Below are positions 18,521 to 28,307 of a DNA stretch of 47,024 nucleotides, piece after piece (within the stretch, counting starts at the first letter, position 1; every line of letters begins with the position of its first letter). The notes under the pieces were generated by a model. The model ran no database searches. It had not been told where the DNA came from and saw nothing but the letters and a program-made list of their open reading frames with translations. The stretch spans positions 1 through 47,024 of the forward strand of contig JASJFV010000388.1 of assembly GCA_033791885.1 (NCBI GenBank). Reading direction: 5' to 3'. The position numbers and the translations under genes were made by a program. The stretch comes from Gammaproteobacteria bacterium (GTDB taxonomy: Bacteria; Pseudomonadota; Gammaproteobacteria; BMS3Bbin11).

Positions 18521-19447
18521 GTGGAGCCGATAATCTCAATAAGGAGTCTAAGCAAAACCTATTCATCAGGTTTTCGTGCACTCAACAACATCAACCTGGA
18601 TATCCGTCAAGGTGAGATTTTTGCCCTGCTGGGTCCAAATGGTGCTGGTAAAACAACCTTGATCGGTATTATCTGCGGCATTGTCAACCCGGGTGAGGGT
18701 AGTGTCAGTGTCAATGGCCACGACATCCTTGCTGACTTTCGCGCGGCACGGTCGATGATTGGCCTGGTGCCACAGGAGCTTGCCACGGCGACCTTCGAGA
18801 GCGTATGGGCGACGATGAATTTCAGCCGTGGATTGTTTGGCAAGCCACCCAACCCCGCACATATAGAAAAAGTACTTCGTGACCTGTCCTTATGGGACAG
18901 GCGCGATGCGAAAATAATTACCCTGTCAGGTGGCATGAAGCGCCGCGTGTTAATCGCCAAGGCACTGGCACATGAACCGCAGATACTCTTTCTCGACGAG
19001 CCAACGGCCGGTGTTGATGTCGAGCAGCGACGCGACATGTGGAAGATGGTCCGGGCACTGCGTGATAACGGCGTTACCGTAATCCTGACGACGCACTATA
19101 TTGAAGAAGCTGAAGAGATGGCTGATCGCATTGGTGTCATCAATGAGGGTGAGATCAGTGTTATCGAAGAGAAAGCAGTGCTGATGAACAAACTGGGCAA
19201 GAAGCAGTTGCAGCTGACCTTGCAAAAGCCGCTAACATCTATTCCGGCAGATCTTGACGGCTACTCACTGGAACTGTCAGCAGATGGCAACGTCTTGATA
19301 TACACATTTGATACGCAGAAGGAACACACGGGGATCTCAGAGCTGTTGCGTCAGCTGGGTAAGCTGGATATCGACTTTAAGGACCTGCATTCCAGTCAGA
19401 GTTCGCTGGAAGATATTTTCGTCAGCCTGGTGAGGGAAAAGTCATGA
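18521..19447 (+). CDS. ABC transporter ATP-binding protein (ABC-2/YadG-like)
   Basis: Walker A (GPNGAGKTT), signature (LSGGMKRR) and Walker B (ILFLDEPT) are all present. GTG start with GGAGG 5 nt upstream. Confidence 0.9.
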   Translation: MEPIISIRSLSKTYSSGFRALNNINLDIRQGEIFALLGPNGAGKTTLIGIICGIVNPGEGSVSVNGHDILADFRAARSMIGLVPQELATATFESVWATMNFSRGLFGKPPNPAHIEKVLRDLSLWDRRDAKIITLSGGMKRRVLIAKALAHEPQILFLDEPTAGVDVEQRRDMWKMVRALRDNGVTVILTTHYIEEAEEMADRIGVINEGEISVIEEKAVLMNKLGKKQLQLTLQKPLTSIPADLDGYSLELSADGNVLIYTFDTQKEHTGISELLRQLGKLDIDFKDLHSSQSSLEDIFVSLVREKS

Positions 19448-20205
19448 ACTTCTATGCCATCCGCGCTATTTATGTTTTTGAGATGTCCCGCACCTGGCGC
19501 ACACTGATGGAGAGCATTGCCTCTCCAATACTCACAACCTCGCTTTATTTTGTTGTTTTCGGTGCTGCGATTGGCTCGCGCATGGGTGACATTGATGGTA
19601 TCAACTATGCGTCATTCATTATTCCAGGACTTCTCATGCTGTCGTTGCTGGGAGAGAGTATTTCCAATGCTTCTTTCGGTATCTATTTCCCGAAATTTTC
19701 CGGCACTATTTACGAAGTCTTATCCGCGCCGGTGTCGCCGCTCGAGGTGGTTATAGGCTATGTCGGTGCTGCCGCCTCCAAGTCGCTGATAATAGGTATG
19801 TTAATACTTCTTACAGCCCGCCTGTTTGTTGATTACGAAATCTTACATCCACTGTGGATGCTCGGGTTTTTACTGCTGACTGCGATTAGCTTCAGCCTGT
19901 TCGGTTTCATTATCGGGTTGTGGGCTGACGACTTCCAGAAACTGCAGATAATACCGATGATGGTGATCACACCGTTGACCTTCCTCGGTGGTGCCTTCTA
20001 TTCGATCAACATGCTGCCTGCATTCTGGCAGAAGGTCACTTTATTTAATCCTGTGGTATACCTGATTAGTGGATTACGCTGGAGCTTTTACGGTGTATCG
20101 GATGTGAATGTCGGAATAAGTATGGCGATGATCCTGATCTTTTTACTGCTCTGCCTGACGGTGGTTTGGTGGATATTCAAGACGGGTTACCGGCTTAAGA
20201 ACTAA
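19444..20205 (+). CDS. ABC-2 type transporter permease (YadH-like)
   Basis: 253 aa with six hydrophobic segments. It shares an ATGA overlap with the ATPase gene. Confidence 0.85.
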   Translation: MNFYAIRAIYVFEMSRTWRTLMESIASPILTTSLYFVVFGAAIGSRMGDIDGINYASFIIPGLLMLSLLGESISNASFGIYFPKFSGTIYEVLSAPVSPLEVVIGYVGAAASKSLIIGMLILLTARLFVDYEILHPLWMLGFLLLTAISFSLFGFIIGLWADDFQKLQIIPMMVITPLTFLGGAFYSINMLPAFWQKVTLFNPVVYLISGLRWSFYGVSDVNVGISMAMILIFLLLCLTVVWWIFKTGYRLKN

Positions 20206-20245
20206 TGCTTTAAAACTGCTTCCCAATAGCGGTCGCAGGGAAAAA

Positions 20246-21076
20246 CTACAGTGCTGCCTCGAGTCTTTCCTGCAGTATGGGGACAAGTCCTGAGTGATCA
20301 CCGACCAACTGTGTAATAACGGCTTTAAGTGTCGGGTGTGCAGCGACCACGCGGTCACGAATTGATTCAATATCGCCCCCGCTACCGGCGTGACGACCGG
20401 GTGCAAGAAAAAGCATTGATAGCACCACGGGTGTACCCGGATCCTCGATGGCAAGCTCGTCTAGCACTTCTTCAAGTAAACGACCGCTAAAGTCGTATTC
20501 GCTGCCCTGACGACGTTCCATTACCGCCTCAAAGAGCATTATTTCCGGACCGAGAATCTGCCCCATACTGGATGCCAGTAACTCACGTACGGCAGCGACT
20601 TCCGGCGTTGGAGAGCCGTGATCGACAAGAATCACACGCGCTCTGGTCATATCGTGAGCGTGCAGGGTAGTTTGAATGTTGTCACAGAGAATCTTCGCCA
20701 GACGCGGTTCGCCATCGGGCAGGGGGTACAATACATCGGCCAGCTCAAATTTGAACGAGCCGAACTCGGTCTGCAGGCTGCTAATGATGTCGGGGATGAA
20801 TGAAGTCAGCGCACGGCTTTGTCCGAAGAACAGGGGAACAGCGAGGAATTCGTGTTTTCCGGCCTGTAACTGATCACGAAGAAAAGCTTCAAAAGTATCC
20901 GCATGTCTGCCTTCGACCAGCCCCGGGTCGATATGGTTAGCATGTTGTAGCGATACCGGGTGGATGATTTGTCCCGTGGCCTGTTCAAGTGCCTTTGCCG
21001 TTTGCCGTAAACTTAAGGTTGCGGCGGCTCGCCGCGAGCCGTTATCTAATAGTAGGATCGTTTGTGTAGTCATCAA
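20246..21076 (-). CDS. CbiX/SirB-like sirohydrochlorin chelatase (two-domain form)
   Basis: 276 aa with two CbiX-like halves. The first has LLLDNGSRR...VPLFFGQS and the second ILVDHGSPTPE...MLFLAPGRHAG. Confidence 0.6.
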   Translation of the reverse strand: MMTTQTILLLDNGSRRAAATLSLRQTAKALEQATGQIIHPVSLQHANHIDPGLVEGRHADTFEAFLRDQLQAGKHEFLAVPLFFGQSRALTSFIPDIISSLQTEFGSFKFELADVLYPLPDGEPRLAKILCDNIQTTLHAHDMTRARVILVDHGSPTPEVAAVRELLASSMGQILGPEIMLFEAVMERRQGSEYDFSGRLLEEVLDELAIEDPGTPVVLSMLFLAPGRHAGSGGDIESIRDRVVAAHPTLKAVITQLVGDHSGLVPILQERLEAAL

Positions 21077-21287
21077 TGAGCCTGTAAATTATTTAAGTAA
21101 AAGAGCACAGTCCTTGCGTGTTCTCGAGCTGCGTCAGAGGCAGTTGACTGCATACATTTACAAAAATTCAGGCGAGTGACCATAGCATAATTGTTGTTTT
21201 AGCTCATACCCGTTTTAGTTTTAAGTTTTACCTGCAGATGAATTCCAGTATTGTGTTATCTCTCGTTACGATAATCTGAATCTGACT

Positions 21288-22202
21288 ATGTTTTTCGAAG
21301 TTGCTGACGTTACCACATCGATATGGCTGCTGTTAGCCTGGGGTGCGCTTGTCGGCTTCGTCTTTTCTACAGTCGGCGCTGCCGGTGGCATTCTGGCTTC
21401 TGTCGGTCTGATCTCCGTATTTGGCGTCGAGAATACAAACCTGGTTAAGCCGATGGCACAGGCGCTGACACTGGTGACGCCAGTGATCGCGGTGCCGCTG
21501 TATTACAGACAAAGCCGCCTGGTATTCAGCCTGGCCTTATTGCTCGGTGCGGGGGGGGTGCTCGGGGCAATGCTGGGCAGTTATCTATCGCTTAATTACC
21601 TGTCAGACATGAGCGTTTTCAAGCCGGTATTCGCAGGCCTGATTTTCCTTATTGCCGCACAAATGAGCTGGCAGATCTGGCGAGGGCAACGATCTGCCAG
21701 TGGACTGACGAAATCTGCCCGGGCAGCCGAATTCTTTGAACTGCATCTGCAGCAGGGAGGTGACATTAGCGAAGTCGGCGTGCGTTGCATCAATGTCTCA
21801 GCCGGACGAATTACCATCCAGTTTGGCGAACAACAGTTTTCATTCCATCCTTTATTGCCTTTCTTATCCGGCATTGCGATTGCTGTAATATCTTCAGCAC
21901 TGGGTGTAGGCGGTGGTTTTCTGTTGGTGCCATTCATGAGTATCGTTATGGGATTACCGATGTTCATTATCGCCGGTACTGCCGCATTAGCTGTTGCTAT
22001 TCATTCGCTGACATCAATAACTAATTATGTGCGGCTCGGTGTAGAGCTGGATTACCCTCTGCTTGCTTTGCTGATGCTTGGTGTCGCAGCGGGTTCACTG
22101 GCAGGACCTTATCTGAGTAAATATATTCCGGAGAAGGGGCTGCGTATTTTTCTGTTGATGTTACTGATCTTTATTGGACTGCGTTATCTCGGTCTGTTTT
22201 AA
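21288..22202 (+). CDS. TSUP (TauE/SafE) family permease with a long central soluble loop
   Basis: 304 aa. Two 4-TM halves carry GAAGGILASVG and GVGGGFLLVPF. They are separated by an approximately 60-aa hydrophilic insert (WRGQRSASGL...GEQQFSFHP). Confidence 0.8.
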   Translation: MFFEVADVTTSIWLLLAWGALVGFVFSTVGAAGGILASVGLISVFGVENTNLVKPMAQALTLVTPVIAVPLYYRQSRLVFSLALLLGAGGVLGAMLGSYLSLNYLSDMSVFKPVFAGLIFLIAAQMSWQIWRGQRSASGLTKSARAAEFFELHLQQGGDISEVGVRCINVSAGRITIQFGEQQFSFHPLLPFLSGIAIAVISSALGVGGGFLLVPFMSIVMGLPMFIIAGTAALAVAIHSLTSITNYVRLGVELDYPLLALLMLGVAAGSLAGPYLSKYIPEKGLRIFLLMLLIFIGLRYLGLF

Positions 22203-22375
22203 GCGGTTCCGAGTTAAACAATATTGAGTTTCAGTCCAGCATCCGTCAGATAAAGCTTGTAAAGCCAGAATCTCCATCTGTTATGCACAGGCATTTGAAC
22301 AACCGGTACATCAGCAGATTGTTGCTTTTATTAACAGCGTTGACTGTAAGCTGCAGACTGGATTTGTCCTGATGC

Positions 22376-22420
22376 AAAGGCCTGGCATGCCCAATGACAC
22401 AGGCGCTGCCAGGCCTTTTT
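22376..22420. terminator. Bidirectional rho-independent terminator between the TSUP gene and ppdK
   Basis: AAAGGCCTGGCA (22376-22387) pairs with TGCCAGGCCTTT (22407-22418) in a 12-bp stem. It is flanked by an A-run upstream and TTTTT downstream, and sits between convergent genes. Confidence 0.75.
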
Positions 22421-22437
22421 ACACACAAAGATAGCCG

Positions 22438-25209
22438 TTATGCCAGCAACGCTGCGTGCGCGGCGGCAAGTCGTGCAACCGGCACGCGGGGGGCTGAGCA
22501 GGACACATAGTCCAGTCCAGCTTTATGGCAAAAATATATCGAGGCCGGGTGCCCACCATGCTCGCCACAGATACCAACAAGCAGATCAGGGCGTGCTTTC
22601 CGCCCCCACTGCACTGCCAGTTCCATCAATTTACCGACACCTTTCTCATCCAGTACCTCAAATGGATTATCCTGCAGTATTCCGTACTCGTTATACATAG
22701 GCAGGAACTTGTTTTCAGCATCTTCACGAGAGAATGAGAAGGTTGCCTGGGTAAGATCATTGGTGCCAAATGAGAAGAATTCTGCTTCCTTAGCAAGACT
22801 CTCTGCTCGCATGCAGGAGCGCACGACTTCAATCATGGTGCCAAACTGGAAATGTGGAGCATGGCCAAGGGTTCTCTTGAGTTCTGCACTGATAGTGTCG
22901 ACATGCTTTTTCACAGACAGCAGTTCCTGTGTAGTACATACCTGTGGGACCTTAATCTTTGGATGGACTTCAATGCCATTCTTTTCGCAATCTGCGGCGG
23001 CTTCAAGGATGGCCCGGATTTGCATTGAATAGATTTCAGGAAAGGTGATGCCAAGACGTACACCACGGTGGCCCAGCATTGGATTAGTCTCGTACAGCAG
23101 ACGAACTTTCTTCAGCATCGACTCTTTCTTGGCAATGGCCTCTTCAACCAGGTGCGCATCAACAAGATGGCGCATAGAATCTGCTTCGCTGCTTGCCCGG
23201 TTAGAGTCAACCAGCAATGACATGGTACCTGCCAGCACATTCATTCCCTGAACGGTTTGCTTAAGCTGCCTGAGAAACTTCAGCTCATCCGTCAGTTGAT
23301 TTTCAGATGGCAGGAACTCATGTATCGGTGGGTCCAGTAGACGAATAGTTACAGGGTGTGGAGACATCACCTCAAACAGCTCTTTAAAATCGCTGCGCTG
23401 CATCGGTAGCAACTTGTTCAGTGCAGCCTGTCGATCTTCGAGCGTATCTGCAACAATCATTTCGATTACTACCGGCAGGCGATCGACTTCATTGAACATC
23501 CGTTCTGTGCGGCAAAGGCCGATACCTTTGGCTCCGTATTTCAGAGCACGTCGCCCGTCTGCGGCACTGTCTCCATTTGCCATGACGGTCAGCTTTGCCG
23601 TTTCATCTGCCCAGCTCAGCAAAATGTTGAGCTCGGCAGTAAATTCAGCCTCGACAGTTGCAATCTCGCCCAGGTACAGGCGCCCAGTGGTACCGTCAAT
23701 GGTAATCATGTCACCTTCATGAATAATGGTGTCGCCAATCATTGCTTCCCGCATAGCAACATCTACCGCGATGCCTTCTGCTCCGGCCACGCAGGGCTTA
23801 CCCATGCCTCGCGCAACTACGGCTGCGTGTGAGGTTTTACCGCCACGACTGGTCAGAATTCCCTGCGAGGCGAAGAAACCGTGGATGTCTTCAGGTTTTG
23901 TCTCTTCCCGAACCAGGATAACGCGTTCTCCCGTTTTGCCCTGCTTCTCAGCCCTGTCAGCATCGAACACGGCCCTGCCACTGGCTGCACCAGGAGAAGC
24001 AGGCAGGCCCTGAGCGAGTGCGGTCACACGTACATCCGGATCGAGACGCGGATAAAGCATCTGCTCCAGCAAGCCGGGGTCGATGCGCAGCAGTGCCTGT
24101 TTTTTATCTATCAGTCCTTCTTTCTCCATCTCGACCGAAGTTCTTACCATGGCAACGGCATTCATCTTGCCATTGCGCGTCTGCAGGCAGAATAAGGTGC
24201 CACGTTCAATGGTGAATTCAAAATCCTGTACCTCATGATAGTGGGCTTCAAGTTTTTCACGCAGCTCTGCAAGCTGACGGGCCATCTCTGGCATTTCCCG
24301 GCCGAGCTTATCAATGGGTTTTGGTGTGCGAATACCGGCAACGACATCTTCCCCCTGTGCATTGACGAGGTACTCACCATACAGCTTGTTTTCTCCCGTT
24401 GCCGGATTGCGAGTGAAGGCAACACCGGTGGCAGAGTCATCACCCCGATTACCGAATACCATGGTACAGACATTTACCGCGGTACCGTTTGCCATGTCCG
24501 GTGTGATTTTGAATTCACGACGGTAATCGACAGCACGTTTTCCCTGCCAGGAATTGAAGACTGCTTTAATGGCAATCTCAAGTTGTTCGTAGGGATCTTC
24601 TGGAAATGGCCGGCCGGTTTGTTCGGCAACCACGTGTAGAAATCGTTCACTGATTTCTTTAAGGTTCGCCGCTGAAAGTCCGACATCTTCGGTTACATGG
24701 GCTTTCTGCTTAACCGCTTCGAACTCTTTGTCGAAAAGTTCATCATCAATACCAAGGGCCACCTTGCCAAACAACTGGATAAAACGGCGATAAGAATCGT
24801 AACCGAATCGTTTGTCACCGGTTTGCTTTATCTCGCCCTCAAGGGTAGCGGAATTGAGGCCGAGATTGAGAATAGTATCCATCATGCCGGGCATAGACAT
24901 TGCTGATCCGGAACGGACAGAAACCAGCAGTGGGTCCTCGGCATCACCGAATTTTTTACCGGTAGTGGCTTCCACTGCCTGCATTTGCAAGCGCACCTGA
25001 TCCATTACACCGGCAGGCAGAGCATCATTGTCAGAAGCCAGGTAGTCAAGACAGGCTTCGGTTGTAATCACGAACCCGGGCGGCACGTTCAAGCCTATTT
25101 GTGTCATCTCGCACAAATTTGCACCTTTGCCGCCGAGTAATGTTTTGTTCTTGCCATCGCCTTCACTAAAGAAGTAAACCAGTTTTTTATCAGATGCTGC
25201 TTTTTTCAC
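22438..25209 (-). CDS. ppdK: Pyruvate, phosphate dikinase
   Basis: Motifs include LLGGKGANLCEM, the catalytic His region GGKTSHAAVVARGMGKPCV and the C-terminal PEP-utilising barrel (GICGEHGG). GTG 25209 (VKKAASDKKLVYFF...) has GAGG about 9 nt upstream and fits the family N-terminus. The 49-aa upstream extension in the ORF track is hydrophobic and non-homologous. Confidence 0.95.
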   Translation of the reverse strand: MKKAASDKKLVYFFSEGDGKNKTLLGGKGANLCEMTQIGLNVPPGFVITTEACLDYLASDNDALPAGVMDQVRLQMQAVEATTGKKFGDAEDPLLVSVRSGSAMSMPGMMDTILNLGLNSATLEGEIKQTGDKRFGYDSYRRFIQLFGKVALGIDDELFDKEFEAVKQKAHVTEDVGLSAANLKEISERFLHVVAEQTGRPFPEDPYEQLEIAIKAVFNSWQGKRAVDYRREFKITPDMANGTAVNVCTMVFGNRGDDSATGVAFTRNPATGENKLYGEYLVNAQGEDVVAGIRTPKPIDKLGREMPEMARQLAELREKLEAHYHEVQDFEFTIERGTLFCLQTRNGKMNAVAMVRTSVEMEKEGLIDKKQALLRIDPGLLEQMLYPRLDPDVRVTALAQGLPASPGAASGRAVFDADRAEKQGKTGERVILVREETKPEDIHGFFASQGILTSRGGKTSHAAVVARGMGKPCVAGAEGIAVDVAMREAMIGDTIIHEGDMITIDGTTGRLYLGEIATVEAEFTAELNILLSWADETAKLTVMANGDSAADGRRALKYGAKGIGLCRTERMFNEVDRLPVVIEMIVADTLEDRQAALNKLLPMQRSDFKELFEVMSPHPVTIRLLDPPIHEFLPSENQLTDELKFLRQLKQTVQGMNVLAGTMSLLVDSNRASSEADSMRHLVDAHLVEEAIAKKESMLKKVRLLYETNPMLGHRGVRLGITFPEIYSMQIRAILEAAADCEKNGIEVHPKIKVPQVCTTQELLSVKKHVDTISAELKRTLGHAPHFQFGTMIEVVRSCMRAESLAKEAEFFSFGTNDLTQATFSFSREDAENKFLPMYNEYGILQDNPFEVLDEKGVGKLMELAVQWGRKARPDLLVGICGEHGGHPASIYFCHKAGLDYVSCSAPRVPVARLAAAHAALLA

Positions 25210-25556
25210 TATTTCTAACCTCGAATGAATCGTTTTATATAATGCCGAATGAAGCCGCCTATTATGACAAACTGACGGTACCACTGACAGTAAAAAAGGT
25301 GTGATTGGAATTGAAATCGCACTAATAACTGTCAATGTAATGATGTCAGGTATCATTTGTACTCACAGGGAGGCGGTCAATTATCGAAATGACTGGCGCA
25401 TTACGGCAAGCCGGTTTTATATAGTGGAAAAAGAAGTACAGAAAATATGGCGTTTAGAGATAAAATGCCGAGTGGCTACTCCTGTCACGTGTGCAGTAGT
25501 CAGACAGAAGAGATATCAATTATTAAGAATAAATCACACGAAAAGAGGAGAGAGTG

Positions 25557-26615
25557 ATGTCTGCACATAAGATTACCTTCACCTACCTGTCCCAGGAAGA
25601 CCTGCTGGATGCCGGCTGCTTTGATATTCGTCTTGCCATGGATGTGGCTGAAAAGACCATGCTGGCCTATAAAGACAACCGTATTTTGTTTCCTGAAAAA
25701 ATCGTGCAGATATTTGACCAGGCCACACAGGATCGTATTAATTGTCTGCCCGCTACCCTGCTGGATGAAAAGATTAGCGGGGTTAAATGGGTCTCGGTGT
25801 TTCCTGGCAACCCGGCGCTGCATGGTGCACAAAACCTGTCAGCCATATTCGTACTATCCGAGATTGAGAAAGGTTTTCCAACTGCCGTGATGGAAGGCAC
25901 GCTGGCTTCAAATATGCGCGTCGCGGCTATGGGTGGAATTGCGGCCAAGTACCTGTCGCGTGAGGACAGCGAAGTTATCGGTTTCATTGGTGCAGGTGAA
26001 CAGGCCAAGATGCATTTACTGTCAATGAAAAATGTGAGGCCGGGGCTGAAAGAATGCAGGGTGGCAGCGAAAACGATCAAAGAGGAACAGCAGTTTATTG
26101 ATGAACTGTCGCCGCTATTTCCTGACATGAGATTTGTCAGGGCAGAAACGCATGGTCGTGCTGCGATGGAAGATGCTGATATCCTGGTGACTGCCACCAG
26201 CGCGCAGGCACCGTTGCTGAAAGCAGCCTGGATGAAGCCTGGCGCCTTCTACAGTCATATTGGCGGCTGGGAGGACGAGTACGAGGTGGCATTGCAATGC
26301 GATAAAATTGTCTGCGACGACTGGGACACTGTTACTCACCGCACCCAGACGTTGAGTCGCATGTATGACGAAGGGATGATCTCCAGCGCGAATATTCATG
26401 CTGACCTTCATGAACTTGTCTCAGGGGATAAGCCTGGTCGGCAAGCCGATGATGAACGTATCTATTTTAATGCGGTTGGCCTGGCGTATATCGATGTTGC
26501 CATCGGTCTGGCTATGTATCATCGGGCTATCAGGGCTGGCTGCGGTCATACGCTTGACTTGCAGCAATGCATGATCTTTCAACATGAAAATATCATGCAG
26601 CAGGTACGATTATAA
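25557..26615 (+). CDS. Ornithine cyclodeaminase/mu-crystallin family dehydrogenase (SbnB-like)
   Basis: About 352 aa with AAGAGGAGAG just upstream of the ATG. The N-terminal YLSQEDLLDAG..., ISGVKWVSVFPGNP and Rossmann GFIGAGEQAK resemble SbnB and related OCD-family enzymes. Confidence 0.8.
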   Translation: MSAHKITFTYLSQEDLLDAGCFDIRLAMDVAEKTMLAYKDNRILFPEKIVQIFDQATQDRINCLPATLLDEKISGVKWVSVFPGNPALHGAQNLSAIFVLSEIEKGFPTAVMEGTLASNMRVAAMGGIAAKYLSREDSEVIGFIGAGEQAKMHLLSMKNVRPGLKECRVAAKTIKEEQQFIDELSPLFPDMRFVRAETHGRAAMEDADILVTATSAQAPLLKAAWMKPGAFYSHIGGWEDEYEVALQCDKIVCDDWDTVTHRTQTLSRMYDEGMISSANIHADLHELVSGDKPGRQADDERIYFNAVGLAYIDVAIGLAMYHRAIRAGCGHTLDLQQCMIFQHENIMQQVRL

Positions 26616-26619
26616 TTCT

Positions 26620-26910
26620 ATGTTCAAGCGTCTTAACGAAAAATCGGATCAGCGAGTCACAGTCTTTATAGAGGGCGTAGAATGCGAAGTGCCTGCTGGT
26701 GAGACTGTCGCTGCTGCGGTCATCGTCAGTGGTATCGGGCATACCCGAACGACAGCAATCTCCGACAGCCAGCGCGCTCCTTTCTGCCTCATGGGTGTGT
26801 GTTATGAATGCCTCATGATCATCGATGGTAAGCCTAATCGGCGTGCCTGCAAAGAGACTGTAAACGACGGTATGACTATTGAGCGCCAGTCTGGTACGGG
26901 TGAACTATAG
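26620..26910 (+). CDS. Small (2Fe-2S)-binding subunit (HcnA / opine-oxidase gamma-like)
   Basis: 96 aa from ATG 26620. QRAPFCLMGVCYECLMIIDGKPNRRAC resembles the HcnA-type cysteine motif. It starts 4 nt after the upstream stop. Confidence 0.75.
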   Translation: MFKRLNEKSDQRVTVFIEGVECEVPAGETVAAAVIVSGIGHTRTTAISDSQRAPFCLMGVCYECLMIIDGKPNRRACKETVNDGMTIERQSGTGEL

Positions 26911-26912
26911 TT

Positions 26913-28307
26913 GTGAAAGGTCATTATCAGCTTGTCATCATCGGCGCTGGGCCCGCCGGTATGTCTGCCGCTGCGCTTGCCGCAGATCATGGCGTCGATG
27001 TAGCGCTGCTTGACGAACAAGCGGCTCCCGGCGGACAGATTTACCGTGCAATGGAATCCGTTCCTGATCAACGAGCTGATCTACTGGGTGATGAATATAA
27101 GCACGGTAGAAAAATAGTTTCTGCTTTCCGCGACAGCAAGCTTGATTATTTGACCAATTCACAGGTCTGGTCGCTGAACAGTAAACGTGAAATCGGCCTG
27201 CTACAGGAGGGCAAAGCACATATCATCAGTGCTGACCAGGTGTTGTTGGCGAATGGTGCGATGGAGCGTCCGGTACCTTTCCCGGGCTGGACACTGCCAG
27301 GTGTCATGAATGCCGGTGCGGGGCAGATTCTGCTCAAATCACATGGAATTGTTCCGGATGACGGTGTTGTGCTGGCCGGCTCCGGTCCCCTGTTGCTTTT
27401 ACTGGCATGGCAGTACATGCATGCGGGTGTAAAGATAAAAGCGCTAATTGATTTGACCCCCACACGCAATCACCTGCGCGCACTGCCGCGCCTGCCGCGC
27501 GCAATACTGGCAGGTCATTATCTAATCAAGGGACTGGTCTACAAAAAAGACCTCAAGCAGGCCGGCATAAGTACGCTGCATAATGTCAGTGACCTGCGCG
27601 TTGATGGTGATGAATGCCTGGCATCGGTCAGTTTCAGGCATAAGGGTCGGCAACGTATCATCGAAACAGATCTGCTGTTAATTCATTTTGGTCTTATTCC
27701 CAGCGCGCATTTATCCCGTGCCGCCGGCTGCCAGTATGACTGGCACAGGAGCCAGCAATGCTGGCGACCGCAACTTGATGACTGGGGCCGTAGTAGCATC
27801 GATGGCATACTGATCGCCGGAGATGGAGCAGGCATCGGGGGCGCCAGAACAGCTGAGCATGCTGGCCGGCTGGCCGCCCTGCAGGCTACACATGCTCTTG
27901 GCTTGATAGGACAGGATGAACGCGATCGGCTTGCCAGGGATGACAGAAAATGGATGCGTGAAGAATTGCATATTCGGCCATTCCTGGAGTCCTTTTTTCA
28001 TATACCCCGAAAACTGCTCGGGGTGCCGGATGACGATACTATCGTTTGTCGTTGTGAAGAAGTCACCGCAGGAGATATCCGTAAGGCTGTAGCTGATGGC
28101 CACAGTGATAGCAACCAGGTTAAATTTCTTACCCGTTGCGGAATGGGCCCCTGTCAGGGGCGACAATGTGCCGAGGCAGTTGCACATATCGTCGCTGCAG
28201 CCGGAGGAGAGAAAGTGGCGAAGGGTGGTCACTACCGGGGGCGCCCCCCAGTGACACCATTGACATTGGGTCAGCTGGCCGGCCTTTATTCCGGGGAAAA
28301 GGAATGA
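26913..28307 (+). CDS. FAD/NAD(P)-binding oxidoreductase subunit with BFD-like 2Fe-2S domain (HcnB/OoxA-like)
   Basis: 464 aa from a GTG start. VIIGAGPAGMSAA is the dinucleotide fold. CRCEEVTAGDIRKAV...LTRCGMGPCQGRQC is the BFD-type cluster motif. Confidence 0.8.
   Translation: MKGHYQLVIIGAGPAGMSAAALAADHGVDVALLDEQAAPGGQIYRAMESVPDQRADLLGDEYKHGRKIVSAFRDSKLDYLTNSQVWSLNSKREIGLLQEGKAHIISADQVLLANGAMERPVPFPGWTLPGVMNAGAGQILLKSHGIVPDDGVVLAGSGPLLLLLAWQYMHAGVKIKALIDLTPTRNHLRALPRLPRAILAGHYLIKGLVYKKDLKQAGISTLHNVSDLRVDGDECLASVSFRHKGRQRIIETDLLLIHFGLIPSAHLSRAAGCQYDWHRSQQCWRPQLDDWGRSSIDGILIAGDGAGIGGARTAEHAGRLAALQATHALGLIGQDERDRLARDDRKWMREELHIRPFLESFFHIPRKLLGVPDDDTIVCRCEEVTAGDIRKAVADGHSDSNQVKFLTRCGMGPCQGRQCAEAVAHIVAAAGGEKVAKGGHYRGRPPVTPLTLGQLAGLYSGEKE

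Noticed and set aside
25210-25356. 49-aa N-terminal extension of the ppdK ORF (MIPDIITLTVISAISIPITPFLL...).
   Set aside because: The extension is hydrophobic and unlike any PPDK N-terminus. An in-frame GTG at 25209 with a GAGG RBS gives the canonical start just before KKLVYFF..GGKGANL.
28136-28303. Upstream extension of the DAO-family subunit ORF, which would overlap the HcnB/OoxA-like gene by about 170 nt.
   Set aside because: The extension is Arg/Gly/Ser-rich with no motif. The canonical dinucleotide-binding N-terminus (MKSADVLIIGGG) starts at ATG 28304 in an ATGA overlap with the upstream stop.
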